DNA of 64,000 nt, taken from the NCBI GenBank assembly GCA_022843855.1, contig JALHMV010000003.1, forward strand, positions 6,560 to 70,559, in the 5' to 3' direction. The position numbers and the translations under genes are program-made. This document shows, piece after piece, positions 1 through 8,748 of the stretch. The notes under the pieces are model-generated. The model was not told the DNA's origin. It saw only the letters and a program-made list of their open reading frames with translations, and did no database searches. Position 1 is the first letter of the stretch; every line of letters starts with the position of its first letter. The DNA is from Patescibacteria group bacterium. Lineage in GTDB: Bacteria > Patescibacteriota > UBA1384 > 2-12-FULL-50-11.

Positions 1-2
1 AG

Positions 3-563
3 GACCAGAAGACCGCCGACGAGCGCATTCCTCAACTGCTGCAAATACCGGCAGCCGTTCGGTTTCTGAGTATGGAACCGCTGCTCGGGCCGGTGGATTT
101 AACCAATTTAGCCATTATCCGACACGAGGACGGGTTTGGGGATGTATCCCTGAATTGTCTGAACGGGCACGTAAAAGGCCCGGACGATATGACCGATCTG
201 CAAATCAATTGGGTCATCGTCGGCGGCGAATCGGGCGGCAAGGCCCGGCCGATGCATCCGGATTGGGTGCGGTCGCTTCGCGATCAGTGCCAGGCGGCAA
301 GCGTTCCATTCTTTTTCAAGCAATGGGGTGAGTGGACCGTCGCTTCTGACGAAAATCTGGCGATGTGCCAAGTTCGCTGGAACGCCGACTCGGACAACAC
401 TTGCTGGCTCGATAGCGATGGCACTGTGCGGAGCGGAAGCTCTAACGGAATGAGCCCAAGAGCCTTTGGGATGATTCGTGTCGGCAAAAACAAATCCGGC
501 CGCCTGCTCGACGGCCGCGAATGGAATGAAGTGCCGGAGGAAAAACAACATGACAAAAAATAA
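3..563 (+). CDS. DUF5131 / phage Gp37Gp68 family protein (5' partial)
   Basis: The frame is open from the window edge: DQKTADERIPQLLQIPAAVRFLSMEPLLGPVDL...WVIVGGESGGKARPMHPDWVRSLRDQC...PFFFKQWGEW...GRLLDGREWNEVP, the typical C-terminal half of this family. Confidence 0.9.
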   Translation, partial: DQKTADERIPQLLQIPAAVRFLSMEPLLGPVDLTNLAIIRHEDGFGDVSLNCLNGHVKGPDDMTDLQINWVIVGGESGGKARPMHPDWVRSLRDQCQAASVPFFFKQWGEWTVASDENLAMCQVRWNADSDNTCWLDSDGTVRSGSSNGMSPRAFGMIRVGKNKSGRLLDGREWNEVPEEKQHDKK

Positions 564-717
564 AGAACTTTACAAAAACGCAGTGGCGGCGATCGACGCG
601 CTGTTCTCCGACGATTCGGTGTCCATCGATGAGGCGATCGAGAATCTCGAAGAGCTGCAAGCCGAGATCGAGGGCAAGATCGAGTGTTTGAAAGAGGACC
701 TGCAGCGGGGCGAATGA
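550..717 (+). CDS. small hypothetical coiled-coil protein
   Basis: GGAGG SD before ATG 550; acidic helical 55-aa sequence; overlaps both neighbouring genes. Confidence 0.7.
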   Translation: MTKNKELYKNAVAAIDALFSDDSVSIDEAIENLEELQAEIEGKIECLKEDLQRGE

Positions 718-1193
718 TGGCTGAATACGACGACAAATCAGAGCGGTACTGTGATCCGCAATGTGGGAGGGGCTGCACGCGAACGGAGCACGACCGTGTT
801 TTGGTGGTCGCTAGAGAAGTGGCGTCGATGTGCGGTGCGGACTGGACGGTCCGCGTTTGGGACAACCTCGGCTGGCAGTATCAGGCTATTTCGCCGTGCG
901 GCCGACTTCGCGTCTCCGACAACAGCCATCCGGGTGGAGACTTCACTCAGGGGTTTACCTGCTACATCTCACGGCCGGGTGAGGTCGCAATCGACTGGCT
1001 CGGTAAAGGCGACGGCCCTTTGGACGCTGTCCATGACGCACTCACTAACATGATGGCCGATATCGGGTATCTGTTTCGGGGTGGGAAGCTGCTTGGCCAG
1101 ACTGGACTACTTGCCGAAAGTGAAAACGAAAAGGTGGTGAGAATAAGTGATGATGATCAGACCGACCGGAATAATTCGAACGCTGCCGGGTGA
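714..1193 (+). CDS. hypothetical phage protein (Cys-rich N-terminus)
   Basis: ATGA overlap with the upstream stop; YCDPQCGRGC motif. Confidence 0.65.
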   Translation: MMAEYDDKSERYCDPQCGRGCTRTEHDRVLVVAREVASMCGADWTVRVWDNLGWQYQAISPCGRLRVSDNSHPGGDFTQGFTCYISRPGEVAIDWLGKGDGPLDAVHDALTNMMADIGYLFRGGKLLGQTGLLAESENEKVVRISDDDQTDRNNSNAAG

Positions 1194-1530
1194 GGCTCGT
1201 CAGTACGCTCTGGACAGCACGGCACGGACCAGGATGATGCGGTCCTATGACGCGCTGAACGAAGGGAAGATCCCCGCCATCTACGTCGCTCTTTCACAGC
1301 GGCCGAAGATCGATGTGCTGCATCTGTACATCCTCGTCGGCGGTCAGATCATTTGCCGAATGAACATCGCCGGCTTTGAAAGTGGCGAAGGATGGGAGCT
1401 GGACTGTTGGGATGGAATGAAGCGATCCGCGAAGTGGTGGGTCATCTGCTCAGCTCCGGTCAGCTATCCGCCTCAGCCGATAGCCAGACGCGGCTTTCAG
1501 GGGTTTCGATACACGGAGGATCTGTGGTGA
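1147..1530 (+). CDS. ASCH/PUA-like domain protein
   Basis: Beta-rich core (LYILVGGQIICR) and C-terminal P-I-x-x-R-G-x-Q-G-F-R-Y, resembling the ASCH C-terminus. Confidence 0.55.
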   Translation: MMMIRPTGIIRTLPGEARQYALDSTARTRMMRSYDALNEGKIPAIYVALSQRPKIDVLHLYILVGGQIICRMNIAGFESGEGWELDCWDGMKRSAKWWVICSAPVSYPPQPIARRGFQGFRYTEDLW

Positions 1531-1955
1531 AACGATGCCCGGCGTGCGGGGAGGTAAAACCCCGAGAAGAATTCTCGAAAGCCGGCTACTGCCATCCGTG
1601 CAATAACCGCAAAGGCCGCGAGTATTCGAAGGCGAACCGCGAGATCTGCAACGCGGCTCGTCGCCGTCGCCGGCAGGCGAACCCTGGGAAGGCCCGGGCC
1701 GAGGATAAGCGGGCTCGGGAACTGAAACGGACACGCGATCCGCAGGCCTTCTACGCAAAGCAGTACGAGCGAACGAAGCGGTGGCGGGCAAGGCATCCGG
1801 AAAAGGTCCGCGAGATCCTGCAGCGGTCATACGACCGGAACCGCAGCCCGTTCGGCTACGAGCTGCGGCAGGCGATGCGACTTTTGGAAAAACTGAGAAA
1901 GGAGATAGCGAATGCCAAAGAACAAGATCGAGGATCTTCGCAACCTGTTGTTTGA
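1524..1955 (+). CDS. zinc-finger basic protein (resembles HNH-endonuclease N-terminal arms; no HNH core)
   Basis: GTG start overlapping the upstream stop; KRCPACGEVKPREEF...YCHPC followed by Arg/Lys-rich helices. Confidence 0.65.
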   Translation: MVKRCPACGEVKPREEFSKAGYCHPCNNRKGREYSKANREICNAARRRRRQANPGKARAEDKRARELKRTRDPQAFYAKQYERTKRWRARHPEKVREILQRSYDRNRSPFGYELRQAMRLLEKLRKEIANAKEQDRGSSQPVV

Positions 1956-2154
1956 GACGATCGAGAAGCTGGTCGACGGCGAAGAAACGATGGACGCCGA
2001 CCAGGCGAACGCCGTCGCCAATATCGCAAAGACGATCATCGATTCGGCCCGCGTCGAGATCCAATTCATGAATATTGTTGGCGGTACCGGTTCCGGCTTC
2101 ATCCCGACCGAACCAAGACAATTAACCGGAGGTCGTGAAAACAATGACTCTTAG
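1912..2154 (+). CDS. conserved phage hypothetical protein (KNKIEDLRNxLFE type)
   Basis: AAGGAG SD; MPKNKIEDLRNLLFETIEKL...ANAVANIAKTIIDSARVE. Confidence 0.75.
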   Translation: MPKNKIEDLRNLLFETIEKLVDGEETMDADQANAVANIAKTIIDSARVEIQFMNIVGGTGSGFIPTEPRQLTGGRENNDS

Positions 2155-2806
2155 ATACACATACAAATCACTTGAAGGCCAGTTCCCGCGGGAGCTGACG
2201 CCCGACCACAAACGCAAGCCGTCGCCGTTCGGTAAAAGCTGGACCGAGACGCTTGAGCTCCTCCACCGGGAGATGAAGATGCTCGGCTACCGCGAAGATT
2301 CGTGCGTGATCCAGACGGCACACACGCCGTATGACGTCCGGAACGACGGAATGCTCCGGCGCGGGGCTCGTGCTCCGTCACATCCCGGCTTGGTGGTCCG
2401 CTTCGATGTGTGGGACAGGCCGAACCGCCGATACATGCCGATGAGTTTTGAGTGCGACCAATTCACATCGTTCGAAGCGAACCTGCGGGCGATCGCTGAT
2501 GCTCTCGAAGCTCTTCGCAAGGTCGACCGGTATGGCGTGAGTGGTGGTGGCAAAGCGAACGCTCACTACGAAGGCTACAAAGCTCTCCCGCCTGCCAGCG
2601 ATGGCGGTTTCACGGTCGAAACGGCAGCTCTGTTCATCGCACAGCACACGCAATACAAAGCGGCCGACATCAAGGCTTACACAGAGATCCGCGACCGGGC
2701 TTTCCGGCACGCGTCGATGAAGCTCCATCCGGACGCAGGCGGATCGCACGAGGACTTTGTCAAACTCACCGCGGCAAAGCGGGTTTTGGAGGAGAATGCC
2801 ACGTAA
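2135..2806 (+). CDS. phage J-domain (DnaJ-like) protein
   Basis: C-terminal AFRHASMKLHPDAGGSHEDFVKL (HPD motif); N-terminal HPGLVVRF...CDQF...NLRAIADALEALRKVDRYG. The start may be GTG 2135 or ATG 2144. Confidence 0.85.
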   Translation: MKTMTLRYTYKSLEGQFPRELTPDHKRKPSPFGKSWTETLELLHREMKMLGYREDSCVIQTAHTPYDVRNDGMLRRGARAPSHPGLVVRFDVWDRPNRRYMPMSFECDQFTSFEANLRAIADALEALRKVDRYGVSGGGKANAHYEGYKALPPASDGGFTVETAALFIAQHTQYKAADIKAYTEIRDRAFRHASMKLHPDAGGSHEDFVKLTAAKRVLEENAT

Positions 2807-4166
2807 GAAAGACCAGACAACTCAGATCAAAGGCGAGGTACTTTTCTCGAAACCGCTGCCATCGTCGAACGACGCAGAGCGATGCGTTCTCGGAGCGGTG
2901 CTGCTCGACGAGAACATAATCGCACAGGCCGCAGAGGCTCTTGAGGCGGATGATTTCTACTCGCCGTTCCATCGTCGGATATATACGGCGATGCTCTCGC
3001 TGTTCAACTCTAACCGGACCATTGACCCGATCCTGATCGCCGAGGAATTGAAGCGCGACGGCGATGCGGCAACGGTCGGCGGCATCGCGGCGATCACAAA
3101 CCTGAGCTACGGGCTTCCGCACTTCACCGACGTCGGCGAGTACCTTCAGATCATCCGGCAGAAGTCTCTACTGCGTCGGTTGATCATGTCGTGTGCGCAG
3201 ATCACAAGCGACGCTTTGGAAGAGGAAGAGGATTCGGAGCTGGTGCTCGATCGTGCCGAGCAGATGATCTTCACCCTATCGCAAGAGCGCGACCAGGGAG
3301 CGGCCGGACCGGTGCTGGCCGAGCTGCTCGCCTACGAAAGCTTGACCAAGGCTTACGAGCGGCGAAAGAGCGGCGAGATAGTTCAAGGCATCAAGACCGG
3401 CCTGCGGGATCTGGACAGCTTCCTCGCCGGCTTCAAGCAGCAGGACCTCATCATCCTCGCTGCCCGGCCATCGATGGGCAAGACGGCCGCGGCTTTGCAG
3501 TTCCTCGTCAACGCGGCTCTTGATGACCATGTCGTCTTTTTCGCGTCGCTGGAAATGAGTAAAGAGCAGGTCATCGACCGGACGATCGCTCAGATAGCTG
3601 ATATTAGCCTCTGGGGCTACGCTCACAACGTTCTAAGCGATATGCAATGGAAACAGGCCACCGATGTCTATAACACGCTCCAAGGGCGACGATTCTTCAT
3701 TGACGACACTCCTGCCATGACACCGACACAGGTGCTCGCCAAGGCCCGGAAGATCAAGACGGAGCAAAAGAAGCTCGACCTGGTCGCGGTCGACTATCTA
3801 GGCCTGATGACTTCGAGCAAACCCAGCCGCGAACGCCGCGATGACATCAGCGCCATATCTCGCGAACTGAAGGCCATCGCCAAAGAGCTCAAATGCCCGG
3901 TGATCGCCCTTTCGCAGCTCTCCCGAGCTCCCGAGAATCGCAATCCGCCGCGGCCGAAGCTTTCGGACCTGCGCGACTCCGGAGCGATCGAACAGGATGC
4001 GGACGTCGTGATCTTTCTCTATCGCCCGAGCTACTACGAGAAGAAAGAGACAGACTCGACCAATTACACGACCGAGTTCATCATCGCCAAGAACCGGAAC
4101 GGGCCGACCGACACCGTCGAGGCTATCTGGCTCAGGGACAAGGTGAAATTCGGTAACAAGAATTAG
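2796..4166 (+). CDS. dnaB: replicative DNA helicase DnaB
   Basis: N-terminal AERCVLGAVLLD; Walker A AARPSMGKT; SLEMS; VDYLGL; ALSQLSR; SDLRDSGAIEQDADVVIFLYR; IIAKNRNGP. GGAGG upstream of ATG 2796. Confidence 0.97.
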   Translation: MPRKKDQTTQIKGEVLFSKPLPSSNDAERCVLGAVLLDENIIAQAAEALEADDFYSPFHRRIYTAMLSLFNSNRTIDPILIAEELKRDGDAATVGGIAAITNLSYGLPHFTDVGEYLQIIRQKSLLRRLIMSCAQITSDALEEEEDSELVLDRAEQMIFTLSQERDQGAAGPVLAELLAYESLTKAYERRKSGEIVQGIKTGLRDLDSFLAGFKQQDLIILAARPSMGKTAAALQFLVNAALDDHVVFFASLEMSKEQVIDRTIAQIADISLWGYAHNVLSDMQWKQATDVYNTLQGRRFFIDDTPAMTPTQVLAKARKIKTEQKKLDLVAVDYLGLMTSSKPSRERRDDISAISRELKAIAKELKCPVIALSQLSRAPENRNPPRPKLSDLRDSGAIEQDADVVIFLYRPSYYEKKETDSTNYTTEFIIAKNRNGPTDTVEAIWLRDKVKFGNKN

Positions 4167-4182
4167 GAATGGAGGTAAATGA

Positions 4183-5184
4183 ATGTCGGCACAGTGGGTT
4201 GGATATTACTTTGACAACGACGACACGAGGATTGATGGATCGCTGCTGCTCACGCTTCTGGCGATCGCGGACCACGCGGACTCGAGCGGGCTGGCATGGC
4301 CGCGACGCAGCCTGATCGCTAAAAAGGCAAGGATCCGCGTTAGGCAGGTAACCCGGAACTTCCGAACGCTTGAAGACCTCGGTTACCTAGAAACGAAACA
4401 AGCACAAGGGCGAGGGAAACAATCGTTGTATCAACTTCTTCGCCCGGAAGTGCCGGAAACAGCCCGATCCGAAAAGGGGACACCGGTGTCCTCTTTTCCC
4501 GAGCCCGAAATAAAGGGTGTCACCGGCGACACCTTTTCTGAGGAGATAAAAGAGGTCATGGATGACACCTTTTCTGAAATAAAAGGTGTCACCGGTGACC
4601 AAGAAAAGGCGTCATGGGTGACCGAAAAAGGTGTCACCCATGACACCCCCATATATAACCATCAAGAACCGTCAATAGAACCATCACACAAACCGCGTGT
4701 GCGTGCGTCCGCGAGTGAAAAATCTTCTCCCTTTGGTGAACCGCTTAACAAACCAAAAAAGATCGGCGAGCATACGCTCGCCGAATTCAGGGAGCTGCTC
4801 GACGCAGCCGCTCCTCACTTAAAAAGCGAACATCTGGAAGATGTTCGCAAGATGTGGCTATCCGGCACGCCGCCGCTTGAGGTGATCAAGTGCTACAACG
4901 TGATGCGGATGGAATCATGGCGGACAAGCCGCGTTACGTGGCGGACCGTCGCAGCCTACCTGCCGGATTGGCAGTTCAGGCAAGAAAAGGGCATCAAGCC
5001 CGGACAGGAGCAAAACAATGGCAGAAAGAAAATTCGAACCGCAGAAGACTACGATGCAGCACTCAAGCAATGGCGGGAAGAGCGCGGACATCTTTTCGCT
5101 GGACGAGATCGAGCGAATGATGAGCTTGATCAACCGGTCACGACTCTTGCAGGGTTACTCGCTGCTCGATCCGAAGGAAGCTGA
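4183..5184 (+). CDS. phage replication initiator (N-terminal winged HTH, lambda O-like organisation)
   Basis: LLAIADHADSSGLAWPRRSLIAKKARIRVRQVTRNFRTLEDLGYL; central repeated KGVTGDTF linker encoded by iterons; GGAGG SD. Confidence 0.85.
   Translation: MSAQWVGYYFDNDDTRIDGSLLLTLLAIADHADSSGLAWPRRSLIAKKARIRVRQVTRNFRTLEDLGYLETKQAQGRGKQSLYQLLRPEVPETARSEKGTPVSSFPEPEIKGVTGDTFSEEIKEVMDDTFSEIKGVTGDQEKASWVTEKGVTHDTPIYNHQEPSIEPSHKPRVRASASEKSSPFGEPLNKPKKIGEHTLAEFRELLDAAAPHLKSEHLEDVRKMWLSGTPPLEVIKCYNVMRMESWRTSRVTWRTVAAYLPDWQFRQEKGIKPGQEQNNGRKKIRTAEDYDAALKQWREERGHLFAGRDRANDELDQPVTTLAGLLAARSEGS
4471..4694. repeat. six imperfect palindromic iterons plus an A-rich tract; putative replication origin
   Basis: Consensus AAAAGGTGTCAC-CG-GTGACACCTTTT, with copies near 4471, 4512, 4548, 4581, 4604 and 4626, followed by ATATATAACCATCAAGAACC. 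Confidence 0.8.
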
Positions 5185-5506
5185 CCTGATGGCCGCGGCC
5201 TGGCTTACGGAATTCAGACGCTGGCGCATCCCCGAGTGGACCTACGAGGATCTGCTGCAGAAAACGCTCGACGCTCGGGCAAAGGATTTCTACGACGGCC
5301 GGCAGCCGAGGAGCATCGAAGCCGCTTCGCTGATGGCGATCTTCGACGGCTACTACCGCATCGAGTTCGACCACTACTGCGACGAATGCCGTGAGAACCA
5401 AGGCACGATCTACGTCGTCAATCCCGAGACGGACCGGATCGAGAAGACCTACGAGTGCAAGCACGAGACCGGATATCGGTACCCGCCGAAAGTCATCAAG
5501 CGCTAA
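5018..5506 (+). CDS. hypothetical protein, possibly helicase-loader associated, with C-terminal CxxC
   Basis: CAGGAG SD; overlaps the 3' end of the initiator; YCDECRENQG...YECKH. Confidence 0.65.
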   Translation: MAERKFEPQKTTMQHSSNGGKSADIFSLDEIERMMSLINRSRLLQGYSLLDPKEADLMAAAWLTEFRRWRIPEWTYEDLLQKTLDARAKDFYDGRQPRSIEAASLMAIFDGYYRIEFDHYCDECRENQGTIYVVNPETDRIEKTYECKHETGYRYPPKVIKR

Positions 5507-5529
5507 AAACCCAAATGATAACTTTTGTC

Positions 5530-5559
5530 TTGACATCTGCTTTACAAGAGGTTTATCAT
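5530..5559 (+). promoter_or_regulatory. sigma70-type promoter
   Basis: TTGACA (5530-35), 18-bp spacer, TATCAT (5554-59) in an AT-rich intergenic gap. Confidence 0.75.
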
Positions 5560-5584
5560 TCGGTGTAAAGCAACTTGCTTTACA
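5538..5584. promoter_or_regulatory. operator-like palindrome
   Basis: Perfect TGTAAAGCAA-C-TTGCTTTACA (5564-5584) plus a half site TGCTTTACA (5538-5546) in the promoter spacer. Confidence 0.7.
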
Positions 5585-5595
5585 GGAGAAACAAA

Positions 5596-6549
5596 ATGCA
5601 AAACACAATCGCGACAGAAATCAAACCAGACCAGATCTTGAACGTGCTTCATTCGGAGAACTTCCAAGGCCGCTACGTTGCCAAAAGCGACGACCCGAAC
5701 CTGCTGGAAAAATGGATCGCCATCGACAAGGCATCCACGCCGCCGACCATTCGGGCGTACTTCACCGAGGAAACGGCGCGGAGCTCGTTCGGGAACGAAC
5801 GCCTGATCGGTGCCGGTCGGGAGATCGACCCGCTCCAACAACCCGCGATCGAATCCATCCCGGTCGAAAGCATCCCGGCAGTCACACCCGGTCCACCACA
5901 GAACGGACACTATCCGCCGCAGGTAGAGCAGCCCGAGGAAACCCCAAGCGTGGAAGCTCAACCCGAGCCAGAGACAGCGGAGACAGCGGAGCCCGAGGAC
6001 GTCCAGCCCGAGCAACCGCTCACGTGGGAAGAAAAGATCCTCCGGATGAGCGACGACGAGCTCGTGGGCGCGATCCGCAAGGTCGAGGCCGCGTACTTCG
6101 CCGAGGCACGCGTGGTGAACTCGCTCGACGCGCAGTTCAAGGCGAAGCAGGAAAAGTTCAACAAAGAGAACGCCGAGCTGATCCAAGAGCGGAAGGCGGC
6201 GACCAACCGGCGCGACTCGGTCGTTGGCCAGTTGAAGTTTGCGTCGACAGAGTACGCCGAGCGCTACCCGAACGAATCGGAATTCGATCTGTACATCAAG
6301 TTCAGGAACAGCAAGACGTACGATTTCGACGAACCGAAGGGGATCACATGGGCCGAGAAGAACTACCCGGCCGCGATCGTCAACCACGGTCCGCAGCTCG
6401 ACCTTCCCCGCATCAAGGCGTACGTCAACGACCTCGTCAAGCGGAAGGAACCGCTGCCGGATTTCGTGACGGTGGAATCCAAACGGGTAGTCACTCTGGC
6501 GACGACGATCCCGGCCTCCGACGAGGAGCTTGAGAAGGCAAATTCGTAA
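5596..6549 (+). CDS. hypothetical protein with acidic linker and coiled-coil C-terminal domain (Gam/Gp157-like architecture)
   Basis: ACAGGAG SD; coiled coil followed by a beta-rich segment ending LDLPRIKAYV...PDFVTVE. The family call is tentative. Confidence 0.6.
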   Translation: MQNTIATEIKPDQILNVLHSENFQGRYVAKSDDPNLLEKWIAIDKASTPPTIRAYFTEETARSSFGNERLIGAGREIDPLQQPAIESIPVESIPAVTPGPPQNGHYPPQVEQPEETPSVEAQPEPETAETAEPEDVQPEQPLTWEEKILRMSDDELVGAIRKVEAAYFAEARVVNSLDAQFKAKQEKFNKENAELIQERKAATNRRDSVVGQLKFASTEYAERYPNESEFDLYIKFRNSKTYDFDEPKGITWAEKNYPAAIVNHGPQLDLPRIKAYVNDLVKRKEPLPDFVTVESKRVVTLATTIPASDEELEKANS

Positions 6550-6553
6550 CTCA

Positions 6554-6630
6554 CGCGAGAATGGAGCAAGGGTGGCTCGTCGGCCTCATAAGCCGGAAAT
6601 CAGGCGGTTCAACTCTGCCTCTCGCAACCA
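6554..6630 (+). tRNA. tRNA-Met (CAT), initiator-like
   Basis: Acceptor stem CGCGAGA/TCTCGCA with C1:A72 mismatch; D stem GAGC/GCTC; anticodon arm TCGGC-CTCATAA-GCCGG; T arm GGCGG-TTCAACT-CTGCC; encoded CCA. Confidence 0.85.
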
Positions 6631-6676
6631 ACCACTAGACCGAGGCGGTCGCTTGACCGCCTAACAGGAGAAAGCA

Positions 6677-8524
6677 ATGGCAAAAGCAAAAGCAGCAACC
6701 TCGCCGGCAAAGAAGCCGGCTTTCGAGCGCGAGATACCCGCCGAAGTGATCAACCCGGATGGCATTGAACTGACCAAGATCGACCTCTCCACCTTCGACA
6801 CGCAGCTCCGCCGACGTAACCGGCTCAGCGACGACGAAATTCTCGAGCTGGCCAACAGCATCATCGAAGCGAAGGGACTGATCCATCCGGTCGTCGTTCG
6901 TCCGAAAGGCGACCGCTACGAGCTGGTCAGCGGTGAACGGCGGTACCGGGCCGTCCAGATGCTCGGGGCAAAGACGATCGCGGCATCCGTCCGCGAACTC
7001 ACCGACGACGAGGCTCTCACGATCCAGACGATCGAGAACCTGCAACGGGTGGACGTTCATCCGCTCGACGAGGCGTTCGGCTTTGCGTCGCTGCTCAAGC
7101 AGGGAGTGGATCCCCGCGAGATAGGGCTGCGTGTCGGCAAGACGCCGTCGTTCATCGCGAAGCGTGCGTCGCTCACGAATCTGCTCCCGGACCTGATCAC
7201 CGGTATCGAGCAAAACAAGGTATCTCTGACCGAGGCGACGATGATCGCGGCCTATCCGGAGAAGATCCAGAAGAAGGCTCTCGAAAAATACGGCAAGGAC
7301 TTCTGCCAAGCCCGGTGGGTGTCGGTCGAGTCGCTCCGCGATGTGATCGACCAGGCGACCGGTGAGCTGAAAACAGCTCCGTTCAGCCTCAAGAGCGCAT
7401 CGCTCCACAAGGAAGGGCTGACCTGCGTCGAGTGCCCGAAACGCGTCGGGGCCAACCCGAACCTGTTTGGCGAGGTCGAGCTCAAAGACGACCGCTGCCT
7501 CGACACATCCTGCTACAAGGGCAAGGTCCAGAAGCATTTCGAGGCGATCCTCGACAAATGGTCGACCGAAGGGCAGAAGAAGTGGGGCTCGGATTACCAA
7601 GCCGCGAAGGTGTTTCAGTACAGCAACCCGGGCGGCTGGTTCGGGAAAGGTGCGATAGGTTCCGGCAACTACGACTCGCCCGCAAAGGATGCCAGCTATT
7701 TCCCTGAGAAGTCGGACAAGACCAAGTACTGCCCGTCCGCCGAGAACGCGCTCAAGATGGGATGGGGTGACGCGTTCCCGAAGCAAGTGAAGATCTGCCG
7801 GGATAAGGACTGCGAGATCCATTGGCCGAAGGCGGGAGCGAGTGCCAGCAAATCGCGATCGTTTAATCAGTCGCCGGAATCCCTGAATCGTCAGTTTTGG
7901 GGGAACTGCCTGGACGCCGCAGCGGTCGACATCATCACCGACCACGCCGGCAAGTGGGCAGCCAAAGAAGTCAAAGCTCTCAAGGGCCTCGAAGCCGCCG
8001 TCCGCTTCGACACCGCGGCAATGCTGGTGGCAAGTGCGGTCGAGATGGACATCGGATGGGAACGGATCAGACTGTACTTCCGCAACGAGCTCGAAGCCCT
8101 CGTCGGCTTCGATTCGGATCGCTGGATCAGCGACGTTGACGAATTCGCGTTGTGGCTGCGTGAACGACTCGAAGCGGATCAACTGCTCCGACTCGGCAAG
8201 ATCGCCGAAGCCGCGTTCGCGATGTCGTACCGCGACCTCGACTATCAGCACATTCACAACATCGCCGAGCTCGCCGGACGCAACTTCCTGACCGTGGCGG
8301 CCGGCTACGCACTTCAGACCGAGAAGCTGACCGCAGGCCAGAAAAAGAAGATCGAGGCTTGGGCTCAAAAGGTCGTAAACGGCGATCTGGTGGACGCTCC
8401 TGCCCTTTTTGGCGGCAAAGAGGCATTCGCGGTCGTCCGGGAGCGGAAAACGCTGGCAGAGCTCGATTCTCGCTACCGTAAGCAGCCCGAGAAACCCGCC
8501 GAGGGCGAGGAAGCGGCAGCATGA
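6677..8524 (+). CDS. ParB/RepB/Spo0J family protein with Cys-rich central domain
   Basis: ELANSIIEAKGLIHPVVVRP...YELVSGERRYRAV...IENLQRVDVHPLDEA, HTH, and CVECPKR...CLDTSCY. Confidence 0.9.
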   Translation: MAKAKAATSPAKKPAFEREIPAEVINPDGIELTKIDLSTFDTQLRRRNRLSDDEILELANSIIEAKGLIHPVVVRPKGDRYELVSGERRYRAVQMLGAKTIAASVRELTDDEALTIQTIENLQRVDVHPLDEAFGFASLLKQGVDPREIGLRVGKTPSFIAKRASLTNLLPDLITGIEQNKVSLTEATMIAAYPEKIQKKALEKYGKDFCQARWVSVESLRDVIDQATGELKTAPFSLKSASLHKEGLTCVECPKRVGANPNLFGEVELKDDRCLDTSCYKGKVQKHFEAILDKWSTEGQKKWGSDYQAAKVFQYSNPGGWFGKGAIGSGNYDSPAKDASYFPEKSDKTKYCPSAENALKMGWGDAFPKQVKICRDKDCEIHWPKAGASASKSRSFNQSPESLNRQFWGNCLDAAAVDIITDHAGKWAAKEVKALKGLEAAVRFDTAAMLVASAVEMDIGWERIRLYFRNELEALVGFDSDRWISDVDEFALWLRERLEADQLLRLGKIAEAAFAMSYRDLDYQHIHNIAELAGRNFLTVAAGYALQTEKLTAGQKKKIEAWAQKVVNGDLVDAPALFGGKEAFAVVRERKTLAELDSRYRKQPEKPAEGEEAAA

Positions 8525-8748
8525 GCATCATCGTGACAGATATGGCGACCGCGGAAACGTACTTTCACGACTTCGACGCGGTCAGTAAACGCACCGGCAC
8601 CCGTCTCAGGCTTTGCGGCATTGGGACCGACCGGAAGGACGCCGAACGAAGGCTCAGGACCTACAATCTCGGGCCGAACTTCGACGAGGCATTTGAGCTG
8701 CGGGAACCCGCAGAGGAGGCAAAACAACGATATGGCCGAATTGGATGA
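8521..8748 (+). CDS. hypothetical protein
   Basis: ATGA overlap with the ParB-like stop; GAGG SD. Confidence 0.6.
   Translation: MSIIVTDMATAETYFHDFDAVSKRTGTRLRLCGIGTDRKDAERRLRTYNLGPNFDEAFELREPAEEAKQRYGRIG

Noticed and set aside
1524-1955. HNH homing endonuclease
   Set aside because: Only the zinc-finger and basic arm are present; no HNH catalytic motif is visible.
6554-6630. tRNA as prophage attachment site
   Set aside because: It is flanked by phage genes on both sides, with no integrase and no duplicated 3' end seen in the window.
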